64,000 nt of DNA, taken from the NCBI GenBank assembly GCA_900767415.1, contig CAAFYZ010000052.1, positions 59,660-123,659 of the forward strand, given 5' to 3'. The notes beneath the pieces were generated by a model that worked only from the letters and a program-made list of their open reading frames with translations, was not told the DNA's origin and did no database searches. This DNA is from Clostridia bacterium (GTDB lineage Bacteria > Bacillota > Clostridia > Oscillospirales > CAG-272). The stretch's first letter is position 1; every line of letters starts with the position of its first letter. This document shows positions 16,186-27,299 of this stretch, piece by piece. The translations under genes were made by a program, and so were the position numbers.

Positions 16186-18807
16186 ATGGAATGGACATCA
16201 CTCAACGATCTGCGCGAAAAGTTCCTCTCTTTCTTTGAATCGAAGGGACACCTTCGTCTCCCGAGCTTTTCCCTGATCCCGAACCACGACAAATCCCTGC
16301 TCCTCATCAACTCGGGCATGGCGCCGATGAAGAAGTTCTTCACGGGAGAAGAAGTCCCGCCCCGCCGCCGCGTGTGCACCTGTCAGAAGTGCATCCGTAC
16401 CCCCGACCTCGAGCGCGTCGGTCATACGGCACGGCACGGCACATATTTTGAGATGCTCGGCAACTTCTCTTTCGGCGATTATTTCAAAAAAGAAGCGATT
16501 CCGTGGGCATGGGAATTTCTGAACGGCGTCCTCGAGATCCCGAAGGATCTGCTCTGGCCGTCGGTCTACGAGAAGGACGAGGAGGCATACGCCATCTGGC
16601 GCGACGTCATCGGCATCTCCGAAGATCACATCGTCCGCCTCGGCAAAGAAGACAACTTCTGGGAGCACGGCTCGGGTCCCTGCGGCCCCTGCTCCGAGAT
16701 CTATTTCGACCGCGGCGAAAAGTACGGCTGCGGCTCTCCCGACTGTAAGCCGGGGTGCGACTGCGACCGCTTCATGGAGATCTGGAACAACGTGTTCTCC
16801 CAGTTCAATAACGACGGCCACGGCAACTACACCGAGTTGAAACAGAAGAACATCGACACCGGCATGGGTCTTGAGCGTCTCGCCTGCGTCATGCAGGGGG
16901 TGGACAACCTCTTCGAGGTGGACACCGTGCGCAGGATTCTCGATACCGTCTGCGGGATCGCCGGCAAAAAATACGGCGCGGACGCAAAAGACGATATTTC
17001 CATCCGTGTCGTGACCGACCATATCCGCAGTGCGACCTTCATGATTTCCGACGGCGTCATTCCGTCGAACGAGGGACGCGGCTACGTCCTGCGCCGCATC
17101 CTGCGCCGCGCCTGCCGCCACGGGAAACTGCTCGGCATCTCCCGTGCGTTCCTTCCCGAACTCTGCGAGGTGGTCATCTCGCAAAACGAAGGGGCGTACC
17201 CCGAGCTGAAAGAGAAGAAAGACTATCTTCTCAAGGTCATCGCACTGGAAGAGAGCCGTTTCTCGAAGACGATCGACGCGGGGCTCTCGATCCTCTCCTC
17301 GGTGATCGAAGACACGAAGAAAAAGGGCGAGCGCGTCCTCTCGGGTGCCGACGCCTTCAAACTCTACGATACCTACGGTTTCCCCGTCGATCTGACGCGG
17401 GAGATCGCGGCGGAAGCCGATCTTACCATCGACGACGCGGCGTTCTCTTCCCTGATGGAAGAACAGCGCGCCCGCGCCCGTGCCGCCCGCGGCAACATCT
17501 CGGGGTGGTCGGATTCGTCGAAGGATCTGCTCTCGCACCTGCCGAAGACCGACTTCGTCGGTTACGATAGCGACGAGTGCGAAGCGCGCGTGCTCTCGAT
17601 CCTCGCGGACGAAGAAGCCGTCGACGAGGCGAGCGAGGGAGAATGTTCTCTCGTCTTCGACCGCACCGTCTTCTACGGCGAGGGCGGCGGACAGGTCGGG
17701 GACACCGGCAAAATTACGGGCGGCGACGTCACGCTGACGGTACTTGACACGAAGAAGACGAACGACATCTACGTTCATCTGGTAAAAATCGAAAACGGCG
17801 TGGTCAGAGTCGGAGATACCCTCCGTCTCGCGATCGACAAAGAACGCCGCGCCGCCATCCGCAGAAACCATACGGCGGCACACCTTCTGCAGGCGGCTCT
17901 GCGCGAGGTGCTCGGCGCGCACGTCGAACAGGCGGGCTCGTATGTGGACGAGCGGGAAGTCCGTTTCGACTTCACGCACTTCCAGGGCATGAGTGCGGAA
18001 GAGATCGCCCGCACGGAAGAGATCGTGAACGGGCACATCCTCGCGGCAGAACCCTGCGAGACGGTCGTCACCGACGTGGAAAGTGCGAAGAAGACGGGCG
18101 CGACGGCTCTCTTCGGCGAAAAATACGGAGACAAGGTGCGCGTCGTGCGCGCGGGTGTCTCCTCCCTCGAACTCTGCGGCGGAACGCACGTCGCAAATAC
18201 CGGCAACATCGGACTGTTCCGTATTCTCTCCGAGACATCGGTCGCGGCGGGAGTACGCCGTATCGTGGGCGTGACGGGACTCGGCGTCCTTCGCCTGCTC
18301 TCGGAGCGGGAAGGACTGATCGCCGAGACGGCGCGCGAGCTGAAAGCACAGAACCCCGCCGACATCGCGAAAAAGGCGCACGCGCTCCAGGGCGAGATCA
18401 AAGAGGCGCACCGCGAGGCGGAATCTCTGCTCGCAAAGAATGCGGAGCTGGAAGCCGCGGGGCTCTTCGACCGTGTGAAGACGGTCGGCAAGATGAAACT
18501 CCTCACCGCAAAACTCTCCATGCGTCCCGACGCGGCACGCGGGCTTGCCGACACGGTCAAGGCAAAACTGCCGGACGGCGTCGCGGTCTTCGCCGTCGTC
18601 TCGGACGGGAAGCTGAATTTCATCGCCGCCGCGGGACCCGAGGCGGTCAAAGCCGGCGCACACGCCGGCAAGATCCTCTCCGAAGTCTCCGCCGTCACGG
18701 GCGGCAAAGGCGGCGGGCGTCCCGACAGCGCGATGAGCGGCGGACGCGACCTCGACAAGATCGACGCGGCACTGAAGAGAGCCGAAGAGATCGTCGCGGC
18801 ACTCTGA
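16186..18807 (+). CDS. alaS: Alanine--tRNA ligase
   Basis: 873 aa. MEWTSLNDLREKFLSFFESKGH, FTGEEVPP, CQKCIRT and a C-terminal DHHA1-type region. Full-length AlaRS architecture. Confidence 0.95.
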   Translation: MEWTSLNDLREKFLSFFESKGHLRLPSFSLIPNHDKSLLLINSGMAPMKKFFTGEEVPPRRRVCTCQKCIRTPDLERVGHTARHGTYFEMLGNFSFGDYFKKEAIPWAWEFLNGVLEIPKDLLWPSVYEKDEEAYAIWRDVIGISEDHIVRLGKEDNFWEHGSGPCGPCSEIYFDRGEKYGCGSPDCKPGCDCDRFMEIWNNVFSQFNNDGHGNYTELKQKNIDTGMGLERLACVMQGVDNLFEVDTVRRILDTVCGIAGKKYGADAKDDISIRVVTDHIRSATFMISDGVIPSNEGRGYVLRRILRRACRHGKLLGISRAFLPELCEVVISQNEGAYPELKEKKDYLLKVIALEESRFSKTIDAGLSILSSVIEDTKKKGERVLSGADAFKLYDTYGFPVDLTREIAAEADLTIDDAAFSSLMEEQRARARAARGNISGWSDSSKDLLSHLPKTDFVGYDSDECEARVLSILADEEAVDEASEGECSLVFDRTVFYGEGGGQVGDTGKITGGDVTLTVLDTKKTNDIYVHLVKIENGVVRVGDTLRLAIDKERRAAIRRNHTAAHLLQAALREVLGAHVEQAGSYVDEREVRFDFTHFQGMSAEEIARTEEIVNGHILAAEPCETVVTDVESAKKTGATALFGEKYGDKVRVVRAGVSSLELCGGTHVANTGNIGLFRILSETSVAAGVRRIVGVTGLGVLRLLSEREGLIAETARELKAQNPADIAKKAHALQGEIKEAHREAESLLAKNAELEAAGLFDRVKTVGKMKLLTAKLSMRPDAARGLADTVKAKLPDGVAVFAVVSDGKLNFIAAAGPEAVKAGAHAGKILSEVSAVTGGKGGGRPDSAMSGGRDLDKIDAALKRAEEIVAAL

Positions 18808-18821
18808 TAATATGGAAAGCA

Positions 18822-18853
18822 AAGCCCCCAGGCAGACCCCCCGGGGGCTTTTT
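18822..18853 (+). terminator. Rho-independent terminator after alaS
   Basis: AGCCCCC..GGGGGCT G+C-rich stem followed by TTTTT. Confidence 0.8.
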
Positions 18854-19140
18854 GTATGTATTTTGAAAAGAATTATTTGCCTTTTTCGTTTATCTAAGAT
18901 TGGCGTAAGAAACCTTTTTCATTCTTCTTTTGATTCGTCAGGTTCCGAAGACAGAGTAAGTCCTTTCTTACGGAAGAGATCTCCGACGCCGAAGCGCTTT
19001 TCGCAGGTGCCTCCTCCACCCCCCGACATAGATCAGTATGTCCTCGCCGCCTTTCTCTCATACAGATCTTCCAAGCGGTACCTTAACTGGGAGAAATAGA
19101 AAATGGAAACACAAAGTAATAAATCTTAAAAAGCGTTCTC

Positions 19141-19169
19141 TTGATTTCCTTGCTTTAACAGTGTATAAT
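19141..19169 (+). promoter_or_regulatory. Promoter of the low-G+C orphan gene
   Basis: TTGATT, 17-nt spacer, TATAAT. RBS GAGG lies 5 nt before the ATG at 19213. Confidence 0.55.
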
Positions 19170-19212
19170 ATTGTATATATAAATACAAACGAAAAACAAA
19201 TGTGAGGTTTAT

Positions 19213-20532
19213 ATGACACGGCAAGAAATATTAAAAGAAGCAAAAATGCCTTATTCAGTGCTGATTCAATATTTAATCCAAAAATACGGAGCAGCCGAGC
19301 ATGATTATTTTGCAACTGAAAGTCTCAAGTCAAAAAACAGGAAAGCGTCTCGCACCTCTGAGGGGCTTTATTGCCACCATATGGACGAAGATAAAGGAGG
19401 GAATCTTTCAACTCTTCCTCAAGCCAAAATGCAACCCTTTGCATGGCAAAAGAAAGAGCGCTTGGTATATTGCAATGCGATCGAACACTTAATTCTACAT
19501 ATAAAAATTTTAGTTATGCGATGGAGAGTAAAAGACATAGAAACCCCCGCCGATGTTTTTCGCTTTCATAGCACTGGAGGCGCTATGAGGATTGCAAGCG
19601 ATATCGATGATATGTTTATGACTGACGGAACCACTCTTTCGTGGAAGCAACATTGTTTTGCAGCAATAAAAGATAACTATATAGATTATGTTGATTTGAT
19701 AGCGGCTCTCATGAAATACATAGATATTAACTACACCGGGATAAGAAGTGCTACTTCGGTATTGCAAGAAAGAATCATAAACTTAGATAATTTAACGGAA
19801 ATTCCGAAATTCATTCCAAAGGAAGACCTTTATAACGATAAGAATACTACAAGTCTTCCGTATGCTGAGATGAGTTATGCTGATGTTTATGAACTTAATA
19901 TAAGAGATTTGGCGACTGGTTATAGTAACTTTTATCCAAGCATCTACTTTGATGTTAAAAATAACTCTTCTAAATTTGTGCAAGACTATGCTGAAGCATT
20001 TTCAGTAGATTTCATCGGTTATGGTTATCCTGAATTTTCCGACATCAAATTAGATACAAATTTTCACGCAAAAAATGCTGACGAATATATATCAAAAGCT
20101 CTGCCTATGTACAGTGAAACAAACTACGATTTCAAACAAAAGAAGTGTGTGTTTTGGCAAGGAGAAATTCCGGACTTCGTACTTAATGATGACAAAATGT
20201 TTTTCATCGTTAGATTGAGCGCTATGTTCAAAATAAAAGACGGTGAAACTCCGTTTGTCAGATACAGAGAATATGGGGATCTTCGCAGATTTCCAATGAC
20301 AATCAAACTTTCTGCCTCTCATAATTTTATTCATGACGACTATAAAATAATCGACACATCTTTACTATATGATAGCAAAACAAACAGTTGGTGTTCAAAA
20401 ATCAAGGACTTCTCCGGAAATATCAAAGACATAAGAGTGATATTAACTCTCGGGAAAGAAGATTTTTTCTTATTTCTAAAAACGCACACCATTTTTTCAC
20501 TTCAAACACTTGATGGCTGTTATTTTGTTTGA
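19213..20532 (+). CDS. Hypothetical protein with an N-terminal HNH-like (beta-beta-alpha-Me) motif; very low G+C
   Basis: 439-aa ORF. EGLYCHHMDEDKGGNLS ... LVYCNAIEHLILH resembles an HNH nuclease core. The remaining ~330 aa has no recognisable motif. Composition is far more AT-rich than the flanks. Confidence 0.6.
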   Translation: MTRQEILKEAKMPYSVLIQYLIQKYGAAEHDYFATESLKSKNRKASRTSEGLYCHHMDEDKGGNLSTLPQAKMQPFAWQKKERLVYCNAIEHLILHIKILVMRWRVKDIETPADVFRFHSTGGAMRIASDIDDMFMTDGTTLSWKQHCFAAIKDNYIDYVDLIAALMKYIDINYTGIRSATSVLQERIINLDNLTEIPKFIPKEDLYNDKNTTSLPYAEMSYADVYELNIRDLATGYSNFYPSIYFDVKNNSSKFVQDYAEAFSVDFIGYGYPEFSDIKLDTNFHAKNADEYISKALPMYSETNYDFKQKKCVFWQGEIPDFVLNDDKMFFIVRLSAMFKIKDGETPFVRYREYGDLRRFPMTIKLSASHNFIHDDYKIIDTSLLYDSKTNSWCSKIKDFSGNIKDIRVILTLGKEDFFLFLKTHTIFSLQTLDGCYFV

Positions 20533-20600
20533 ATGACGCTCGAACAAAAAAGTCTTTCAAGAAGTAAGAATTGTGGCTTTTTAATATAAACTACGTATAG

Positions 20601-20640
20601 CAGTAAAGGCAGTCCGTAAAACCACGGACTGCCTTTACTG
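20601..20640. terminator. Bidirectional hairpin between convergent genes
   Basis: AGTAAAGGCAGTCCGT ... ACGGACTGCCTTTACT, a 16-bp perfect stem that overlaps the stop of the 20635..21210 gene. Confidence 0.7.
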
Positions 20641-21210
20641 TTTCTCATCTTCCGTCGGGAGCGTTTTTCGGACGGGGAAAAATCTTCCTTTAATATCATA
20701 AAGCACGCGCGAGAGAGGCAAAAAGAGAAGCGGGAAAAGAACCGCATTGCACGCGAGTTCCACAAGATAAAACACGATCCCGCGGGCATAATAAATCGCG
20801 AAACGGTGAAAAAAGTCCTCGTAAAACCCGGTGAACAACCCGACGTCGACAAGCGAGCTGAACACGCCGAACCAGACGACAAGGAGTAGTGCGCTCGCCG
20901 TCAGGGGGACCCGCCGCTTCACGCCGAGGCGGGAAAGAAGGAAGAAGACGCCGCCGACGAGCGGCCAGTAGAGATAATAGGTGACGATCCACGTACCGAT
21001 GCCCCAAAGAAGCGGCTCGACCGACACGAAAACGAGGATCGCGAAGATCCCGAGCCACCCGAAGACATATCCGTACAGGGCGCAAAGAAGCGTGACGACC
21101 TCCACGTTCGGAATCATCGCGAGTGCGAGTTTTCCTCCCGTGAGAATGGCAGCCATCATTCCCATGAGAGCGATCTTCCGCACGGCGAGTGAAGTGTTGT
21201 TCCCCTTCAC
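20635..21210 (-). CDS. ECF-transporter S-component-like membrane protein (possible cobalamin-specific CbrT-type)
   Basis: 191 aa with ~6 TM helices. The GTG start immediately follows the stop of the DUF4430-like gene. The pair lies downstream of a cobalamin riboswitch. Confidence 0.5.
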   Translation of the reverse strand: MKGNNTSLAVRKIALMGMMAAILTGGKLALAMIPNVEVVTLLCALYGYVFGWLGIFAILVFVSVEPLLWGIGTWIVTYYLYWPLVGGVFFLLSRLGVKRRVPLTASALLLVVWFGVFSSLVDVGLFTGFYEDFFHRFAIYYARGIVFYLVELACNAVLFPLLFLPLSRVLYDIKGRFFPVRKTLPTEDEKQ

Positions 21211-21660
21211 TTAACCAAAGGTAATGGTACCGATATAGATCACGGCACCGTCCTTCACGTGCATATCCTTCGCGCCGACGCCGGCACTTGTAAGGGTCTG
21301 TCCCTTATACTCCACCGTCGACTTGTATTCCGACACGTCGAAGTCTTCTTCTACCGAAGTATAAAGATAAATATAGCGGTTTCCTTCCTGTTTCAGGTCG
21401 CCGACGGCAGTCAAAAAGCCGCCCGCCTCGGTGTAGTCAAGTCCCTTTTCCGCTTTCAGATACGCGAGAACGGAGAGCAGACCGTCCGAGCCCTCGACCT
21501 TGTCAAGATTCACCTTATATTCGGTCGGGGTCTCGGTCCCGATCACGAGGGTGGCGAATCCGGTTTTGCTGTTTTCCCCGCAGGACGCGAGCGCGCACAG
21601 CAGCATCGCGACGACGAGAACGACGGAAAGAATCCGTCCGATGTTTTTTTGCTTTGTCAT
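21211..21660 (-). CDS. Lipoprotein, DUF4430-like (transcobalamin-like B12-binding fold predicted)
   Basis: The ATG at 21660 gives MTKQKNIGRILSVVLVVAMLLCALASCG (lipobox). The longer ORF to 21867 would run through the riboswitch. Confidence 0.6.
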   Translation of the reverse strand: MTKQKNIGRILSVVLVVAMLLCALASCGENSKTGFATLVIGTETPTEYKVNLDKVEGSDGLLSVLAYLKAEKGLDYTEAGGFLTAVGDLKQEGNRYIYLYTSVEEDFDVSEYKSTVEYKGQTLTSAGVGAKDMHVKDGAVIYIGTITFG

Positions 21661-21859
21661 GTGTTGTCTCCTTTGATCAACAGATAAAATATTGAGACAT
21701 TCCGACAAAAAGAAAGATGGGGTCCCGCCCTCTGCCGCATGGCAGAGCCCCGGAGCTCCATCAAAAGGGTGCGCGGAAAAAGCCGTCGGAGAACCCCTCC
21801 GACAGACCCTGCGCGTGTCCCCCTTTGGTCTTCCTCCGTTTGCCCAAGGAATGTGTGCC

Positions 21860-21980
21860 AAAGTCACGGTCGGCAGGCCTTCCGACTGGGCGGGTGACTG
21901 CTCCCGCGTAACGGCAATGGCTGTTGCTGCGGATTCTCACCGCATTTCCCTGCTTGAAGAAAGGGCGCACCGTCTCCCGA
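21860..21980 (-). promoter_or_regulatory. Cobalamin (B12) riboswitch aptamer
   Basis: The minus strand reads ACGGTGCGCCC..AAGCAGGGAAATGCGGTGAGAATCCGCAGC..GCCGTTACGCGGGAGC..AGTCGGAAGGCCTGCCGACCGT. This includes the conserved AGGGAA/GGTGAGAATCC core, a B12-box-like AGTCGGAAGGCCTGCC and a closing ACGGT/ACCGT stem. Confidence 0.8.
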
Positions 21981-22170
21981 CGGCGTCTCCTCTTATCGAC
22001 CGATCCTGACAAGGTCTATTATAATAAAAAGGGAGAGAAAAGTCAAGATGCCGCGAAGAAAAAGGCAAAATGGCAATCGCCGCCGCTCGTCCCCCGCTCC
22101 CTTCGTTAGCACTTTGCCGCTCGGTATGCGAGAGTTAACAAAAAATTCACAACTTTTTTTGAAAAAACCC

Positions 22171-22199
22171 TTGACAATAGAGGGAAAAAGGGATATATT
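22171..22199 (+). promoter_or_regulatory. hrcA operon promoter
   Basis: TTGACA, 17-nt spacer, TATATT, immediately upstream of CIRCE. Confidence 0.65.
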
Positions 22200-22213
22200 A
22201 TAGGCATAAGAGA

Positions 22214-22240
22214 TTAGCACTCTGCTACTTCAAGTGCTAA
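22214..22240. promoter_or_regulatory. CIRCE operator (HrcA binding site)
   Basis: TTAGCACTC-N9-AAGTGCTAA, one mismatch to the consensus TTAGCACTC-N9-GAGTGCTAA. Confidence 0.9.
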
Positions 22241-22263
22241 AACGAAGAAAAGAGGTGAGATTT

Positions 22264-23358
22264 TTGGATGACGAAAGACTGACACCGCGTAAGCGCAGAA
22301 TCCTCCGCGCGATCGTGGACGCTCATATTTCCCACGGAGAACCCGTCGGCTCCAAATATCTCGCAAACGACGTGCAGATCTCTTGTTCCCCCGCGACCAT
22401 CCGCAACGAGATGGCGGATCTCGAAAACATGGGATACCTGATTCAGCCGCACACCTCGGCGGGGCGCGTCCCCTCCGAACTCGGATACCGCTTCTACGTC
22501 GATTCTCTCGTGCAGCAGTACAGCAACACGCGCGCCGAGATCGGCGAGATGAGCGAAAAACTCCGTTACAAACTGACCGAGATGGACGAGATCCTCTCCG
22601 AAGTCTCGCGACTGGCGACGGCGTTTACCGATTATACCGGCATCGCCTTCAAGGCGGGAAGCGGCAACGTCCGCCTCTCCAAAGTCGATGCGGTCTATAT
22701 CTCCCCGCGTGAGTTCCTCCTCGTGATGATGTTCGCCTCCGGGATCGTGAAGACGAAGACGGTCTGTCTCTCCTTCTCCCTTCTGCCCGACGACTTAAAA
22801 CGCTTTACCGAGATCGCGAATATCTACCTCGTCAATCTGACGAGCGACGGTCTGTCGATGTCGGTGATTGCGAAACTCGAGCAGTTGATGGGGTCGGCGA
22901 GCGCGATGGTGCATCCGGTCATCAAACTCATCTACGAGACGATGAACGAGATCGACACCGCCGACGTCAAGGTGGACGGCGTCAACAAACTTCTTCAATA
23001 CCCCGAGTATTCCGACGTCTCCCGCCTGCGCGAGCTTTTGCAGATCATCGAAGAGAAGGACCCCCTGCTCGACCTGATCGAGGCGCACGCCAAGGACACG
23101 GAAGGGGACATTCATGTGGTCATCGGTACGGAGAACGAATCCGACGCGATGAGCGACACGACCCTGATCTACCGCGACGTAAGAGTCGGCGGCAAGAAGA
23201 TCTCGGTCGGCATCATCGGACCGAAGCGCATGAACTACTCAAAAGCCATCGACACGATCAACCGCCTCGCGGCGGGGATCGAGCAGGTCTTCGGCCCCTC
23301 GGAAGAGCGCGGACTCCCGCCCCCGAGAGAGCACAATCAAAACGGAAAGGAACCCTGA
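22264..23358 (+). CDS. hrcA: Heat-inducible transcription repressor HrcA
   Basis: RKRRILRAIVDAHISHGEPVGSKYL is an HrcA N-terminus. The TTG at 22264 is preceded by AGAGGTGAG. The ORF-track start at 22234 lies inside CIRCE. Confidence 0.9.
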   Translation: MDDERLTPRKRRILRAIVDAHISHGEPVGSKYLANDVQISCSPATIRNEMADLENMGYLIQPHTSAGRVPSELGYRFYVDSLVQQYSNTRAEIGEMSEKLRYKLTEMDEILSEVSRLATAFTDYTGIAFKAGSGNVRLSKVDAVYISPREFLLVMMFASGIVKTKTVCLSFSLLPDDLKRFTEIANIYLVNLTSDGLSMSVIAKLEQLMGSASAMVHPVIKLIYETMNEIDTADVKVDGVNKLLQYPEYSDVSRLRELLQIIEEKDPLLDLIEAHAKDTEGDIHVVIGTENESDAMSDTTLIYRDVRVGGKKISVGIIGPKRMNYSKAIDTINRLAAGIEQVFGPSEERGLPPPREHNQNGKEP

Positions 23359-23363
23359 GAGAC

Positions 23364-23915
23364 GTGAAGGATAAACAGACAGAACCGACGGTGAACGTCG
23401 ACGAAGCGTTCGGCGAAGAACTTGCCGAAGAGGTCAAAGTGACCGAAGAGGCGGCGGAAAAGCCGGAAGACTTCCTCAAAAAAGAACTCGATCGTCTGAA
23501 CGGCGAGATCAAAGAAAAAGACGACCGCTTCCTCCGCATGGCGGCGGAATACGACAACTTCCGCAGACGCTCCCGCGAGGAGAAGGAAAGCGTCTATGAC
23601 TCTGCCGTCTCCGATACGCTCTCTTCTCTGCTCCCCGTAATCGACAATCTCGAGCGCGCCGCGCAATACGACGACGGAGAGAAGGTCAAAGAAGGAGTGC
23701 AGATGACGGCGAAAACGGTGGCGTCCGCCCTCGCAAAACTCGGGATCGAAGAATTCGGCAAGCCGGGTGACATCTTCGACCCGACCATTCACAACGCGGT
23801 CATGCACACCGAAGACGAGAACGCAAAAGAAGGCGAGATCGTCGAAGTATTCCAGAAGGGATACAGAAAAGGCAAGCGGATTATTCGTTTTGCCACGGTG
23901 AAAACCGCAAATTAA
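23364..23915 (+). CDS. grpE: Nucleotide exchange factor GrpE
   Basis: 183 aa. FLRMAAEYDNFRRRSREE and a C-terminal FDPTIHNAVMH..GYRKGKRIIRFATV. Confidence 0.9.
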   Translation: MKDKQTEPTVNVDEAFGEELAEEVKVTEEAAEKPEDFLKKELDRLNGEIKEKDDRFLRMAAEYDNFRRRSREEKESVYDSAVSDTLSSLLPVIDNLERAAQYDDGEKVKEGVQMTAKTVASALAKLGIEEFGKPGDIFDPTIHNAVMHTEDENAKEGEIVEVFQKGYRKGKRIIRFATVKTAN

Positions 23916-23941
23916 CCTGTTAAAAATTTAGTTTAATATAG

Positions 23942-25813
<1,872 letters not shown>

Positions 25814-25986
25814 TCAATAGTGCAAACCTTTGTTTGCAAAACAACCGCACAGACCGCCAAAAACCGGGAATACGATCTTCAGGGTCTCTTCCCCGGTGCG
25901 GCGGTCAAAGATAAGAATATACCCGTCTTCTGCTCTGTCGGAGGACGGGTATATCCGAGAAATCCACCCAAAGGATATGAGACACT

Positions 25987-27144
25987 ATGGCAGATACCAA
26001 GCGCGACTATTATGAAGTCCTCGGCGTCGCAAAAGACGCGGGCGCGGACGAAATCAAAAAGGCATACCGCACGCTGGCGAAAAAGTATCACCCGGATATG
26101 AACCCGGGGGACAAGGCGGCGGAGGCAAAGTTCAAAGAGGTGAACGAGGCATACGACGTCCTCTCCGACGCGGACAAACGGGCGAAGTATGACCGGTTCG
26201 GTCACGCGGCATTCGACCCCACGGCGGGCGCGGGTGCGGGCGGCTTCGGCGGTTTCGGCGGAGACGGCGGCTTTGACTTCGGTGATATTTTCTCCTCCTT
26301 CTTCGGCGGCGGAGGCGGGACTTCCTCGCGCTCCCGCGCCAACATGGCGGTGGACGGCGACGACGTGGCGACACGGATCACCATCACCTTTGAAGAGGCG
26401 GCGTTCGGCTGTAAGAAAGAGGTCAACTTCGCAAGAATCGAGGCGTGCCCCGAATGCGGAGCGACCGGTGCGGCGAAAGGAACGAAGCCCGAGACCTGCT
26501 CGGTCTGCCACGGCACGGGACGCGTGACGGTTCAGCAACAGACCATGCTCGGCTATATGCAGTCCCAGCGTGCCTGCTCCGCCTGCCGCGGAACGGGTAA
26601 GATCGTCAAGACCCCCTGCAAAAACTGCAACGGCAAGGGTTATATCAAGGTCAACAAAAAACTGGAAGTCAACATCCCCGCCGGTATCGACTCGATGCAG
26701 AGAATCATTCTCCGTCGCGAGGGCAGTGCCGGACGCGGCGGCGGGGCAAACGGCGATCTGATCATCGAAGTGCAGGTCAAGCCACATCCCCTCTTCGAGC
26801 GGGACGGGAACGATCTGTATTGCGACATTCCGATCACCTTCGCCGAGGCGGCTCTCGGTGCGGAGATCAACGTCCCCGTTCTCTCCCCCGACAAGAAGAA
26901 CGCCACCGAAAAATACACGATCCCCGAAGGAACGCAGACGGGCTCCCGCTTCACTCTGCGCGGCAAGGGAATCCAGGATATCAACACGAAGCGGCGGGGC
27001 GATCTGATCTTTACGGTCGTCGTCGATACCCCGCAGAATCTGAATGCCGAACAGAAGAACCTGCTCCGCAGTTTCGCCTCTTCTCTCGGAGAGACGAACA
27101 ACAAGAAGACGGGCGCTTTCTTCAAAAAGTTCTTCAACCGATAA
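25987..27144 (+). CDS. dnaJ: Molecular chaperone DnaJ
   Basis: J-domain [22 protein letters not shown], a G/F region and four CxxCxGxG zinc motifs. Confidence 0.95.
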   Translation: MADTKRDYYEVLGVAKDAGADEIKKAYRTLAKKYHPDMNPGDKAAEAKFKEVNEAYDVLSDADKRAKYDRFGHAAFDPTAGAGAGGFGGFGGDGGFDFGDIFSSFFGGGGGTSSRSRANMAVDGDDVATRITITFEEAAFGCKKEVNFARIEACPECGATGAAKGTKPETCSVCHGTGRVTVQQQTMLGYMQSQRACSACRGTGKIVKTPCKNCNGKGYIKVNKKLEVNIPAGIDSMQRIILRREGSAGRGGGANGDLIIEVQVKPHPLFERDGNDLYCDIPITFAEAALGAEINVPVLSPDKKNATEKYTIPEGTQTGSRFTLRGKGIQDINTKRRGDLIFTVVVDTPQNLNAEQKNLLRSFASSLGETNNKKTGAFFKKFFNR

Positions 27145-27153
27145 TGCAGAACG

Positions 27154-27193
27154 AAAAACCGCATCTCCCCTTTTGGGAAGATGCGGTTTTTTT
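27154..27193 (+). terminator. Rho-independent terminator after dnaJ
   Basis: CCGCATCT ... AGATGCGG stem followed by TTTTTTT. Confidence 0.8.
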
Positions 27194-27299
27194 ATGAGAA
27201 GAGGACGGCATAACGCCCCGCAGGGTAAGAAAGACGCCGCGTCGGCACGGCGTTTTCACACTCTGCGGGCGAAAAACCGTCCTTTCGCCGCGGGTACGC

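Noticed and set aside
18930-19100. G+C-richer patch in the islet upstream of the HNH-like gene, with a ~36-codon minus-strand ORF (MSGGGGGTCEKRFGVGDLFRKKGL...).
   Set aside because: It is too short, has no RBS and no recognisable family. It is possibly a gene fragment, but that cannot be supported from the sequence alone.
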